Shown: piece after piece, positions 1 to 13,105 of the stretch | Layout: each line of letters starts with the position of its first letter | Numbering within the stretch: the stretch's first letter is position 1 | From: Octopus vulgaris | Lineage: Eukaryota | Assembly: GCA_951406725.2 (NCBI GenBank) | Contig: OX597818.1 | Coordinates: 11,160,001-11,224,000 of the forward strand | Direction of reading: 5' to 3' | Length of the DNA stretch: 64,000 nucleotides | Position numbers and translations under genes: made by a program | Notes under the pieces: generated by a model | Told to the model about the DNA's origin: nothing | Databases searched by the model: none | The model's input: the letters and a program-made list of their open reading frames with translations, nothing else

Positions 1-539
1 AGATAATTGTTTATTGCTTTGTCATTTCGTTTTCTTTTATCTGTGTGTGTGTGTGTGTATGAAGGCACATAGCCTTGTTGTTATGGTGTTGTGCTCACAA
101 TCACTAGATCATAAGTTTGATTTCTGGGCCAAGCAACACATTGTGTTCTTAAGCAAAACACTTCATTTCAATTGCTCTATAGGTGAGAGAGTGACAGAAT
201 TGTTGGAATGTCGGCAGAAATGCATTACAGTATATCTTCTGGATTTCTACATTCTGAGTTCAAATCTCACCTGTTTCAGAAAGTAATGAGGAACCACTTC
301 AGGATTCATCCCAAGTTTAGTCATGGTAGCTGAAGCTCCAGTAAATTACTTTTACAGCAGCAGGGGAAGGTATGAGACCCCCCCCCCCCCCAGATCTTAT
401 AGGGAGTGCCCAGAGAAGTGGAGAAGGTTCACATGCACAGGATGTGCCCAAGTGCAGACCACCACTAAACTATATATATATATATATGAAACGCCTAAAG
501 TGAGATTGCAGCCACTCATGTCCAGCCCAGTTAAGAGTA

Positions 540-955
540 CCCCTGATGCATCATGCAATATGATATGCTTGAGAAAACCAGTTGAGTCAAGTAAAGCCAA
601 TATCATATCTCGCCTGTGCCCCCTGACTGGCTCCTGTGCCAGTGACACATAAAAAGCACCATTGGAACATGGTTGATGCCTATCCTCCTCACTGGCTCCC
701 ATGCCAGTGGCACGTAAAAAGCATCATCCGAATGTGACCGATGCCAGTATGTCCTTACTGGCTCCTGTGCCGGTGGCACGTAAAAAGCACCCACTACATT
801 CTCGGAGTGGTTGGCGTTAGGAAGAACATCCAGCTGTAGAAACATTACCAGATCAGAGTGGAGCCTGGTGCAGCTGCCGGCTCTCCAGACCTCAGTTAAA
901 TTGTCCAACCCATGCCAGCATGGAAAACAGATGTTAAACCATGATGATGACGATA
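540..955 (+). mobile_element. 3-prime end of an RTE-clade LINE (family R1), 5-prime truncated
   Basis: Three GGCACGTAAAAAGCACC-like modules, the TTGGCGTTAGGAAG..CATCCAGCTGTAGAAAC block and a (GAT)n tail. The same sequence is joined to RTE coding sequence at 45988-46670. Confidence 0.75.
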
Positions 956-1226
956 TTGACATACATTTGTATGTGTATATATATTTTTATGTATGTGTAT
1001 TTATATATATGAATAAGTATCTGTATATTTATAGGTGTGTGTGTGTATAAATATATAGCTATATATTTATGTATGTACATGTATATGTATGTATATTTGT
1101 ATATGTCATTATTAATAGTGGAACTTGATGTTGATAAAGCTATAAATAATAGCATATAAATGTTGGGTTAAAACCTCCTTAGATGGATAAAGTCAAAGGC
1201 TGTCCTTGGTGGCATAAACATTTGAA

Positions 1227-1290
<64 letters not shown>

Positions 1291-1351
1291 TCATACGTGT
1301 GTGTTCATGTAAGTTTGTGTGTGTGTGTATCTATATATGTATTTGTGTGTG

Positions 1352-1421
<70 letters not shown>

Positions 1422-1436
1422 TATATATATATGTAC

Positions 1437-1467
<31 letters not shown>

Positions 1468-2384
1468 TATATGTACAAATGCACTCACACACACACATAT
1501 ATATAAGCAAAAAGCTATTTCACTAATTTAATAGATGTTATATAAACATAATTATTTATAAACTGCCATTATTTATTCAGCTTTCCAACATGTCTTAACC
1601 TCTATAACCTAAACACAGGATACAGTTGTTGTGGTAATATCAGTAATAAAGTGTGGCAATGTCTCTAAATTGTGGAATATTTTGCTGTTAGTGGGGACAA
1701 TGCAGGGGTCATTTGGGCAGTTTATAACTAAGGCTTGGTCCATGAGACTTATAGTTTGCAGATGTAAGTTTGCGGTGAAGTGAGATGTGTCTAAGTTGGG
1801 TGGTTTCCTAGGGTGGGGTTGCTTACGGCTGTTACTCAATTCTTTTTGGTTCTGATGGGTCTTCACCACCCCCATCACTGCCACAACATTATAAAATGTG
1901 TTGCATCTCATCAATTCAAACAGATGTGGTTGCGGTGGATGGGTGATGGGTGTAGGTATGAGTGTAATTGAAACCACAGGCAAATTTTGGATGTGTAGGT
2001 AGGTTAGAGTGGATATATAGAAGTCATGAAGCAGAAGAGAAAAGGAGAAAGCACAAAACTTAGTAGACTTGAGTTGAAAGAAGATCAATTTCTTGGTTTA
2101 GTCACTTTTTGGAGGTTTTAAGTTTATTAGATGAAATGCTTAATAGATGGTAGTTGTATAGTTTCTATGCATAGCTTTGGAAGTGTGTGTGTGTGTGACA
2201 TATATTTGTGAGCATTAACTGTGTGTTTCGTTGTGTAAGATGTATTGTGACTTTTTGTTGTTAATGTAAAGTAATTCTTCTTCTTCTGTTCCACCTCCTC
2301 TTCATTATCATCATTCCTATAAATATTTTACAATCTAGGACTTAATGTGTGTATATGTATGTATGTGTGTATGTGTGTGCATAT

Positions 2385-2702
2385 ATCATCATCATCATCA
2401 TCATCATCGTTTAACGTCCGCTTTCCATGCTAGCATAGGTTGGTAGGTTCAACTGGGGTCTGGGAAGCCAGAAGGCTGCACCAGGCCCAGTCTGATCTGG
2501 CAGTGTTACTTCAGCTGGATGCCCTTCCTAACGCCAACCACTCCATGAGTGTAGTGGGTGCTTTTTACGTGCCACCGGTACAGGTGCCAGACAAGGCTGG
2601 CAAACGGCCACAATCAGATGGTGCTTTTTACGTGCCACCAGCACGGAGGCCAGTCAGGCTACGGCCACATTCGGATGGTTCTCTTTCGTGCCACCGGCAC
2701 TG
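2385..2702 (-). mobile_element. RTE LINE family R1 3-prime fragment
   Basis: (CAT)n tail, then cgtttaacgtccgctttccatgctagc...ggatgcccttcctaacgccaacc and three ggtgctttttacgtgccacc-like modules. Confidence 0.75.
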
Positions 2703-2776
2703 GTTATATATTGATAGAAATGGCAAGACAACAAAAGAATGAAAGAGACCTCAATATTATGTAAATAGAGGAATTT

Positions 2777-2902
2777 ATCTGTAAATATAATATGTGACAA
2801 TTATTCAGTACTCATGATAAAACTCCGAGTTTCGTCCCGACATCTGAAACTCGGAGTTTTATCATGGCTACCGAATAATTGTCACATATTATATTTACAG
2901 AT
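2777..2902. repeat. Near-perfect inverted repeat, 57-bp arms, 12-nt loop
   Basis: 2777-2833 and 2846-2902 are reverse complements with 3 mismatches (agtactc versus ggtagcc). Confidence 0.95.
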
Positions 2903-2908
2903 ATATAT

Positions 2909-3313
2909 ACTCTCTTTTACTTGTTTCAGTCATTTGACTGTGGCCATGCTGGAGCACCACCTTTAGTCGAGCAAATCTTATTCTTAGTAATCAGGACTTA
3001 TTCTTTGTAAGCCTAGTACTTATTCTATCGGTCTCTTCGCCAAACTGCTAAGTTACAGGGATGTAAATACACCAGCATCAGTTGTCAAGCGATGTTGGGT
3101 GGACAAATACAGACACACAAACATATACACACACATACATACATATATATGACAGGCTTTTTTCAGTTTCTGTCTACCAAATCCTCTTGCAAGACTTTGG
3201 TTGGCCCGAGGCTATAGTAGAAGACACTTGACCAAGGTGCCACACAGTGGGAATGAACCCAGAACCATGTGGTTGGTAAGCAAGCTACTTACCACACAGC
3301 CACTCCTGCGCCT
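2909..3313 (-). mobile_element. tRNA-derived SINE family S1 (CORE-like block), full length
   Basis: Reverse complement of the 35881-36304 copy: GGAGTGGCTGTGTGGTAAG head, GGTTCA box-B-like motif, internal TA/TG microsatellite, GACTGAAACAAGTAAAAGAG tail. Confidence 0.85.
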
Positions 3314-3621
3314 ATATATGTATGTGTGTGTGTGTATTGATTAGTTGCAGGACTCATTAGGATGTAGGTATAGTAACTCAAAAATAAGTAGATTTAAATT
3401 AATTGCTCTCTCTATTCCTGACCCATTTCCCCTATAAATTCCATTATAGTTTCTCAAAATTTCTCTTGTTCCACCATGATTGTTAGTGACTTAGTCACCT
3501 CTATTTCTGCCTGAAGATGGCAGTGTTTTGCCATGATGTAACCTAAGAATTCATCAATAAAATGCTGCCAGAACAGCTGTTGAGAATTTTGAACCTCATT
3601 TATGTTCTTCTTTACACACAT

Positions 3622-3659
<38 letters not shown>

Positions 3660-3661
<2 letters not shown>

Positions 3662-3882
3662 AGGGAGTGCTGAGAAGTTCCTGGCTTTGGGTAAAAGAAA
3701 ATACAGGAGGATCAGTTAATTAATGATTTTATTCAACATATTCTCCTCTCGTATTCACACACTTATTGCAATGCTCCTTCAGTTTTTTTCTAAGCTCTGT
3801 AAAAGAACTTGGAAGGTTGAGCCTCCAACCAGGCTTTTCACAATAAAGGCCTTAAAGCCAGGAATTTTTCAGTAGCCCCTCG
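3660..3882. mobile_element. mariner-type MITE, about 220 bp
   Basis: TIRs GAGGGAGTGCTGAGAAGTTCCTGGCTTT and AAAGCCAGGAATTTTTCAGTAGCCCCTCG followed by TA. Second copy at 58422-58623. Confidence 0.7.
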
Positions 3883-4338
3883 TATGTAAACACACACACA
3901 CACACATAATCTGTAATAATATATTGAGCAAATACCATTTCTTACTGTCTAATAAAACAACTTTTAACATTTTCTGTATTTTGAGAGATATTTCTAATGA
4001 CTTTGTTTGGGGTGTTCAGCCCATACAGCTTTATAATCTAAACTATAGTCTTACTGTTCATGTGACAGGTAAATTTTGTAGTAATTCTTTTGCCGTCATG
4101 AGTAGTATTAGGAAATAAGGCACACATACAATAATTATAATTTAACTTTTATCTAACTTGCCATTGTTTACCTTCTTATTCTTTCCTGCATTAATCACAT
4201 TGCTTTTCTTCCATTTTGTAGTTTGATAAAACAATTAATTGAAAAATACTTTTATATATTTCTTTATAAATGAAATTTTACAGAGATTCATTTTTCATGA
4301 TTAACAATACAATTCTGTTGATAACATTGAAATAGCTT

Positions 4339-4555
4339 AAGGTGGTGAGCTAGCAGAAATGTTAGCACGCTGGGTGAAATGCTTAGTGGTATTTCATCTG
4401 TCTTTACATTCTGAGTTCAAGTTCAGCCAAGGTCAACTTTGCCGTTCATCCTTTCAAGATTGATAAATTAAGTACCAGTTGCATACTGGGGTCAGTCTAA
4501 TCAACTGCCCCCCCTCCCCCAAAATTTCGGGCCTTGTGCCTAGAGTAGAAAAGAA
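4339..4555 (+). mobile_element. tRNA-derived SINE family S2
   Basis: AAGGTGGTGAGCTAGCAGAA head, GAGTTCAAG box B, central CTTTGCC.TTCATCCTTTC...TAAGTACCAGT domain. Many copies in the window. Confidence 0.8.
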
Positions 4556-4696
4556 CATTAAAATGGCATTTTTTATTTTGGTGGGTAAGGAGTTTGAGAC
4601 CATTCTCCTCTCCTTGGTTTCTTTTCTTTACAATTCTAATATATTTTAAATGACATTTTCCAGGAATACATTTTGAGAATGTAGATTATGTAATCT

Positions 4697-5066
4697 TTTA
4701 CCTTTTGCTAGTTTCAGTCATTAGACTGTGGCCATGTTGGGGCACCACATTCAAGAATTTTTAGTCAAATGAATTGACCTCAGTACTTATTTACCAGCCA
4801 CTTTTTCTAGTGGTCTCTTTTGCTGAACCATTGAGTTGCAGGGATATAAACACACTGACACCAGTTGTCAAGCAGTGGTGAGGGACAAACACACACATAC
4901 ACACATACTAATACAATGGGTTTCTTTCAGTTTCTGTCAACCAAATCCACTCATAAGGCTTTGGTCATCCCAAGGCTATAGTAGAAGACTTGCTCAAGGT
5001 GTCATGCTGGAGGACTGAACCCAGAACCATGTGGTTTGGAAACAAGCTTCTTATCACACAGTCACG
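4697..5066 (-). mobile_element. SINE family S1, diverged copy
   Basis: Collinear with the S1 pattern (tttcagtcattagactgtggccatg ... gaacccagaaccatgtgg ... cacacag). Confidence 0.75.
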
Positions 5067-5341
5067 TTTCAAGCATATAAATCTGAGAGAAAATTGAAAA
5101 ATGCTCAAGTTAAAGAAATTGGGGGTAACAAAGTCTAGAATGGTGGAAGGAGTGGTTGAAAATGTTATTAAGATAATTACAATCTACTCCATCAAAAACC
5201 TCTCTGTATAATTTCATTTAAAAAACGTACTTTTCAGATAGTTAGGCGATGGGGCTCCAAACTGTAGTTATGCTCTTGCATGTGTGTGTGTGTGTGTGTG
5301 TGTGTATGCATGTATATATATATATACACACACATATATAT

Positions 5342-5410
<69 letters not shown>

Positions 5411-5849
5411 TATACACATAAATACACAGAAAGAGAGAGATGGTATTTGTGTGTATATAAAATCATTACAGCTAGTAATTCCTTTCAATTTTTTTTTTTT
5501 ACTTTTTGATTATAAACTATGAAATAAAGTGAAAATGTATTTTTCTCAATAATGTGTCCTATTTAGATTTTTTTTGTAAATTGTTAGTCTGTCACACCAA
5601 CTCATATCTTTCATTTCACACTTGCATATAAGTATTTATCTTCCATAACTGTTCTGTCAGTTTCTCCTTCTCCACCATCTTTATGATTTCTTTTTCCACT
5701 CTCCCTGTATGTAATGTTCTTTTACTCATTACCTCTCACCAAGCTCTCAACCTGCACCTCTTATGTTAACTCTCTCTCAATCTTTTACTCTTTCTCTTCC
5801 TCTCTCTGTAAAAGTATGGCTGGAGTAATCAATCAGCCAATCAATGTTG

Positions 5850-5880
<31 letters not shown>

Positions 5881-6978
5881 CTATTATTATATAGAGATAG
5901 TAACTCTGTAATTGGTGAAAGGCTAATTTGGAAGGTGTGAATGCAAAGAGAAAGGGATTCAGGTTAATGTACTTTCAAATGTATTTAATATAGAAATAGA
6001 TAAATAAATCAATTCTCCACCTTCATTCTTTGATAATCAATTATATAGATGATGATTTCTTGAACTGGCAGAGGGTTTTAACACTGTAGTCGTATTCAAA
6101 GGATTAAATCAGCCTTTGTGTATGATTTGTATTAGATTGTGATGCTCTCTGTTTTATTTTTCCTGCCCTAGCATCATCTGTCTCACTTTTTGCAGGATCT
6201 ACTCATAGTTATGCTGACGTGGTCCATTGTTGTGGTAACTTCTAATCAGTGTGGTGCACTGTCTGACTTCAGAGGCATATCACCATTCACTGACTCCTGA
6301 AGGCCCTGTCTTCCTGCCTTGAGTAGATTGGTGTTGGGAGACAGAATTTACACTCAGAATGCAGAGCAGAACAGATACCAAATGCATCTTGTTCACCATT
6401 CAGACTGGGTTGGAACCCGGCCATAATAAAAAGAAAAAACGAATTATCATTGCAATCCTGACAAGCCACAACCATGGACTGGTACTTCATATATTGGTCT
6501 TGAAAGAATAAAATTCAAAACTGGCTTCCACAGGATTTCAGCTCAGAGAGCTGGAATAACTATATGACTTTCTGGTCCATATCCTAACTACTCAGAAAAT
6601 TTACTGCTGTTATATATGTTTACAAAATGTCAATAAAGTACTCAATGAGCTATTAAATAGACATTTATTATTTTTATATAAGAATGTTGTTGAGAGTGGC
6701 TTCAATGTTTTGACCAGCTGAGCCATCATTAGAAACTTCAGAGTCACTATCAACAATATTCTTGTATAAGAATAAATTTGTACGTTACAAAAGTTCAGAG
6801 TAACCCATGAGATTAATGTAAAATTATTTTTATTGTAACTGAACATAAAAACAAATATTAATATTAAATAGACACCAAAATTTATATCGTTAAATTTGTA
6901 AGTACTTCAGAATTCAATGTGCACTTATAAAGGTTTGTCATTTAACTGGATGAAATTTATATATTGAAATGCCTATGT

Positions 6979-7301
6979 TAAAAAAAGACTCCGCCAGTTA
7001 CGACGACGAGGGTCCCAGCTGATACGATCAACGGAACAGCTTGCTCGTGAAATTAACGTGCAAATGGCTGAGCATTCCACAGACACGTGTACCCTTAACG
7101 TAGTTCTCGGGGATAATCAGCGTGACACAGAGAGTGACAAGGCTGACCCTTTGAAATACAAGTACAACTCATTTTTGCCAGCTGAGTGGACTGGAGCAAC
7201 GTGAAATAAAGTGTCTTGCTCAAGGACACAACGCGTCGCCGGGAATCGAACTCACAACCTTACGATCATGAGCCGAATGCCCTAACCACTAAGCCACGCG
7301 C
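6979..7301 (-). mobile_element. tRNA-derived CORE-type SINE family S3, young copy
   Basis: Minus strand has box A TGGCTTAGTGG, box B GAGTTCGATTCC and CORE-like TGTGTCCTTGAGCAAGACACTT. CpGs intact. Flanked by a cctatgt direct repeat (6972-6978, 7302-7308). Confidence 0.85.
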
Positions 7302-7814
7302 CCTATGTGCAACTATAATAATCATCCAATGTTAACAGGTAATATTAAATGAAACTGAGTTTGTAAATATTTGAGATACAAGAAAGCATTTTAGAAATCA
7401 AACTGCAAGTTTCTAAGTATTTACCAAGTAGATTTAGCTTTTCTGCTTTACAAAGGCAAACAATAATGTTAACTAAAATATTTTTTCCCAAAAATTTTAC
7501 CATAAAAGCAGTACTATTTGTAGTATTGTAGTTGTAACTGTAGTGTGGTGGTAGTGGTTGTAATAGTAGTAATACTAGTGTTTATCTAATTTGATTTCAC
7601 TTTTAAAAAATGGATCTTCTTATGGTGAAAATTGAATTTGGAGACAGTGATAAGATATAATGGCTTGCGATGTAAAAGTTTTTACCACATAAAAATGTCT
7701 TTCACTATTTAGAAGTGAAAGAAAACTCTTGTAGATTCTAAATACTTTCCCAATCTCACCCCTGAAGCTATTCTGAGAAGAAATTCTTTGTAGCCTCAGG
7801 CTTTTCTTTTTAAG

Positions 7815-7912
7815 GACATCAAGTGTTTTAAGAGAGACCAAGTGTTTTAAGAGATTTCAAGTGTTTTAAGAGAGATCAAATGTCCTCTGGCACATCAAGT
7901 GTTTTAAGAAAT
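7815..7912 (+). repeat. Short tandem repeat, four copies of CAAGTGTTTTAAGA
   Basis: Three adjacent units of about 19-20 bp plus a fourth after a spacer. Confidence 0.85.
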
Positions 7913-9720
7913 CAAAAACTCTACTTGAGAATAGAGCTTGCAGAAAAGATATTAAAGGAGAGGAAAAAGGTTAAATAAGCATCTTACAGTCTCAGTGCAT
8001 CACATGACGATTTTATCCTAAAGAAAGGAACATTCTTTAATTCAAAACCATTTCTCTATAAACAGGAAAAAACAAGATAAGTTCAAGACTAATGAATCCA
8101 TGATGTGACTTCTGCATAAATAAGATTCTCTAAAGATAAGAAAAATGTTCTTTGGTTGCATCAATGTGCCACAAGATTCTAAGGCTTCTACAATGAAATA
8201 TATTTTCAAAGGTGGCTAACATTTCTATAGTAATTATCTTTTAAATTTACTTGTTCTCTTACAAGCTCAATATCTGTGATGTAGTTTTGTTTCAGTTCTC
8301 AGTTGATTCCATGTAGTTTTACCTATGATTCTTCCATCACTCTAGAATTGTTATTCTCAAATACTGCTTCACTACAGACTGGTATGCTGCAAAAACAGTG
8401 AAATTATATATTTTTTTTTAAGTACAAAGAAATTAGAAATAGAAATTCTATATATAAAATTTTGATAACTATGTGTGTCTTTGTTTGTCTGCCACCACCA
8501 CCACCACATAACAGCAGTGTTGGTGCATTTACATACCCATAACCTGGCAGTTCAGCAAAAGAATGCGACAGAATTAGAATAAGTACCAAGTTTTTAAAAA
8601 TATGTACTAGGGTTGATTCATTTGATAAAAAATTCTTTGAGGCAGTGCCCCAGCATGGCCACAATCTAATGACTGAAACTAGTAAAATATAAAAGAACTA
8701 TACTTTATTTAATAAATACACACACACACACATACACACACACATATTTTCGTCCATTTAAATACATATTTTGACTTTGTGCACAAAACGTTCTAAAATA
8801 TTCTTAATTGCTCTAAAGTGAGCCACAATTAAGTAAGAATTAGAAGTCACTGCTCTACAGAAAGGCATGAACATTTCAGTCTTATCCGTTCCTCTCTCTT
8901 TCAATTTTGTGTTGGTGTGTCTTATGAAAGAAAATCAATTTACTTTTAACCCTGTACACAGTACTGAACCTGGCCACAGTCATGAATGGTAATCCTTTTA
9001 AAGAATCAATTAATGACCTGCAATCTGAGAGTTTTCAAAGAAAGTGTGCAAGCTTAAAAATTTTTATTGAATTTACTTTTTTTTTTTTATGTAAGCATTT
9101 CCAATATTTAGCCTTGTAGAACTTATTGCTGGAGAAAAACAGCTGACTCTTTATTTGAATATGAGGATGATAGAGCTGCAACGGTTTATTAGTACTGCCC
9201 TTTAAAGTTGAAGAGGAGAATGTGGCCAGTTGTTGGCGTGTGTGTGTGTGTGTTTGCACATTTATGTGCAAATGGACAGAGGTGACTGATCTGTTTACTT
9301 TGAAGTTAAATGTGACTATATGGTCAGTGGTGTGTATTCAAGTGTGTATGCATTTGTGGATAGAGTTTGCTAATCAAACTACTTGAAGTACTGACAAACT
9401 GAATTAGTATAGGAGGCCATCCACACGATAACAAGATAGTTAGATAGTTATATATGAGAAAGTATATTTTATGATTAAAACATAAAAAGACTATAAGTAT
9501 ATTCAAGGATATGGAAAAGGAAAAATTATATTAATGGAGAGCTAATATCATTTTTATCAGTAATAGACGTTAGCAGATTCAGTAGAGTTCCTTCAGTGTT
9601 TATTCATATTCCTTTACATTCTGAGTTCAAATCCCAACAAGGTTGACTCTACTTTTCATCCTTTTAGAGTCAATGAATAAATAAAAAAATTTATAAATTA
9701 ATAAATACTACTAAATAAAT

Positions 9721-9930
9721 TTCTACAAGGGCTGAAATTTTCGGAGAGGGGTGTGAGGGTCAGTCACTTAGATTGACCCCAGTATGGAACTGCTACTTAA
9801 TTTATCAACCCCGAAAGGACAAAGGGCAAAGTCGACCTCAGCATTAATTGATTCTTTAGAGACAGAAGAAATATTGCCAAGCATTTCTTCACCTGGTGTG
9901 CTAACATTTCTACCAGCTCACCGCCTTAGT
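9721..9930 (-). mobile_element. SINE family S2 copy, adjacent to an oppositely oriented partial copy at about 9563-9680
   Basis: gaccccagt...ccccgaaagga...gcaaagtcgacctc...ccagctcaccgcctt matches the reverse complement of S2. Confidence 0.7.
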
Positions 9931-10465
9931 AATTGGTAATATTAAGCAAGTTATTGTTATTTTACCCCAGTCAGCCCTATGGTTAGGGACATTTTAGCTT
10001 CAATCACTCTTTTTTTTTTTTTCATCCAGAACATTATTTAATATACTTTTTTTTTTTACAAAACTCTAGAATATGATATGAAAAATATTTGGCTGACATT
10101 TCTAGCAAGTAAAACAACCAGGTATAGGCCATCTTTTGATGGCTTGTATCAAACAAGTTTGCAGAAATTATGTATTGGCAAAATGGTAGCACATTAGAGT
10201 AAATATGTTTACAGCACATAGTTTTGTCTTTGTACATTTTTAGTTTATGTCCAACCAAAGTTGATGTTCTGTGCCAAGTCAATAAAATTAAGCCAATTGC
10301 AGTATCTCTTCATGGTTGCTTCACTTTCTAGAAATAGTAACCAGATTTCCTCCCAGATCACATGCTACTATTTTAACAAAAAGGAATGACACATTGCAAA
10401 GTCCTAGATATGTTGCATCTGATAAAGCTATTGAACACTCTTGTGCTCAGACCAACAATAGCACC

Positions 10466-10697
10466 TATTTCTTTACTACCCACAAGGGGCTAAACACAGA
10501 GAGGACAAACAAGGACAGACAAACATATTAAGTCGATTATATCGACCCCAGTGCGTAACTGGTACTTATTAATCAACCCCGAAAGGATGAAAGGCAAAGT
10601 CGACCTCAGCAGAATTTGAACTCAGAACGTAGTGGCAGACGAAATACCGCTAAGCATTTCACCCGGCGTGCTAACGTTTCTGCCAGCTCGCCGCCTT
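10466..10697 (-). mobile_element. SINE family S2, young copy with 13-bp target-site duplication
   Basis: caacaatagcacc (10453-10465) and caacaatagtacc (10698-10710) flank a CpG-rich full copy. Confidence 0.88.
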
Positions 10698-11473
10698 CAA
10701 CAATAGTACCACTTAGTTGTTGCTTGACCTACAAAAAATAGTAGTTATACCTCTCTCAAATCACCATATTTGGCAATGAATGTAACTGATAATTTATATT
10801 ATAATCTATCTATCTATCTATTTATAGATAGACAGATATTATGTGAAAGAACAGACTGATCATGAGTGGAGTACCTTTGATCATTTGATCATGTTTTTTT
10901 TTAATATGAGCTGAGAGTGGTTGAACAACAACAACAAAAGTGTGACACATGGTGTAGGAGAAGGGAGTAGGGAACATTTCATGAATTATAAAACCCTCTT
11001 TTAATAAAAGAAAATGACTTGAGAAATCTTCAGATCATTTTCGTAGTGTAGATGTTGAGATTTACTGTAGAAGCATGCACCACGCAACAGATTGAAATGG
11101 TAGGATGGAAAGAAAGAAACGGAAAACTAGGAGAGATAACAATCAAAGATGAAGATAACAAGGCTATAGAGTGAAACATTGTATAAGAGAGTATTTCCTT
11201 ATTAGTTTGTGGCAGATTCTTCACACCACTTTACCATACTTCTTGTAGAAATTACAAGGTTTCAATCAGAGTCAGCCAGAAGCTCTGTTGCACTCTGCCC
11301 CCCTCCGCTACACCCTATCTTTTCTACATTGACTGACAATAAACCACAATGATGATTAGGTGTGCGTGCATCGGTGAGGGAGAATAAAAACCTCTGTTAT
11401 TGCTTCATTCCTTCACACAGATTGTTGTTCTTATATTGTGTTGAGAAAGTTACGCACACGCATGCATTGTGCA

Positions 11474-11506
<33 letters not shown>

Positions 11507-12902
11507 TTATCAGGGCACATATACATATGTACACCTCAATACATTCAACCCTTTCCTTGTAAAAAGATCACACACACACACAAACACATGCATATCACAC
11601 ACTTTTACACATATATGCAATCATCATTCACACATACATCTTAACATGTATACAATTCTATATACATTTGCCCTACATACATATAAGATACTGTTTTAAT
11701 TATTGGTTCTGAAAAATAATCAATGATAGATTTCCTCAAGTCAAGTATTAATTGAATTCCAGGCTTCACTAACCTTTCCACCACCACCACCATTAACTAG
11801 CACTATCATCGCCATCATCACCATCTATCAATATTAACAACCAATTTGAGCCTTTATGTAGCCACTCAACCTGCTAGAAACAGCAGCTCAAATCATATAT
11901 TACAAAGAGAACAATGTATCCCTGGGTTCACTGCATCATAAGTGAAGATAAAAAGTCATGGTTTGATTATCTTTCATTACAAGTCAGCTCAGTCACATCC
12001 AGAATCACCACCACCACCACTTTCCATCAATATCTTCCTTCCAAATCCATCTTGCTCATTACTTTGATTTTACTTAATGCACTAATCCTTTCTGTTGCTC
12101 TATTAGATAGGGGAGCAATATGTTTTGTATGTTCCAGCCTATTTGTTTTTTTACTTACTCCCAGGATCTCTATATGGTCTTTATTTTTCATATGCAGTTT
12201 GGAATTTGCTAAATGCAGGGCAAGGTTTGATAAAGGCATTGCTTTGCACTTCCATAATTTCAAATGCCATCTTCCAGACATCCACCAGACATCAAATTCT
12301 ATTTAAGTGGCTTGTCACTTGGTCGTCATCACTTGTTAAAATGCAAACAGCATGGAGTCATGGGCATAGCAGTATAGCCTGTATTCATCATAGTTGATAA
12401 TATCTTCTATGAAAACTGATAACTGAAACATGTTAGGTATGGAAGGTGCTTGTATACTTGATGAAACTCAAGAAATTTTAATAAGGAAAATTATATGCTT
12501 ACTGATAAGAACCATTTTCTAAATTACTAATTTTTGACAAAAGGGGATAGAAAGCAACCCAAAAATTCTAATTATTTAAAATGAATTAATCAGAGAATGT
12601 TGTGGGGTCTGAAAACTAAGGAGGTATGGCAACTTCAGACCTTCTTAATATGGAATATTGTGGAATCAGTCAGATGCATTGATGGTTGAAATATTTGCTT
12701 CTAAGAAAAAATCTTTGCTTTTGGTAAGTAGACGTGTGGTGGTTATTGTTTTACCCAAAAGATAGTTCATAATTGAGCTGACATGAATAAAGAATATTCC
12801 AGCTGGGATCCTTATCATTATCATCATTTAATATCCACTTCTCTATGCTTGCATGGGTCGGAAAGATTTTATTGAAGCAGATCTTCTGTCTGGCCACCCT
12901 TG

Positions 12903-13105
12903 TTATTTCTTTACTGCCACAGAGGGGACAAACAAGGACAGACAAATGGATTAAGTCGATTATATCGACCCCAGTGCATAACTGGTACTTATTTAATCGA
13001 CCCCGAAAGGATGAAAGGCAAAGGAATTTGAACTCAGAACATAATGGCAGACAAAATACCACTAAGCAATTCGCTCGGTGTGCTAGCGTTTCAGCCAACT
13101 TGCCA
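12903..13105 (-). mobile_element. SINE family S2 copy
   Basis: Closely similar to 10466-10697 with a small internal deletion. Confidence 0.8.

Noticed and set aside
600-800. Regularly spaced GGCACGTAAAAAGCACC repeats resembling a CRISPR array
   Set aside because: Eukaryotic context, related spacers, no cas genes; they are internal modules of an RTE 3-prime UTR.
1183-1531. YIYI/THTH/CVCV-rich ORFs here and throughout the window
   Set aside because: Products of (TA)n, (CA)n and (TG)n microsatellites.
1609-2088. 159-aa Pro/Thr-rich minus-strand ORF
   Set aside because: No recognisable domain or splice structure; probably decayed repeat sequence.
6695-6738. Minus-strand CTAATGA...GGTC AAAAC hammerhead-like trace
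   Set aside because: Both core boxes are mutated and the stems are weak; compatible with an old Penelope end but too degenerate to call.
7230-7303. tRNA-like sequences with A and B boxes (also in S1 and S2 heads)
   Set aside because: No complete cloverleaf, and each continues into a SINE body; these are SINE heads, not tRNA genes.
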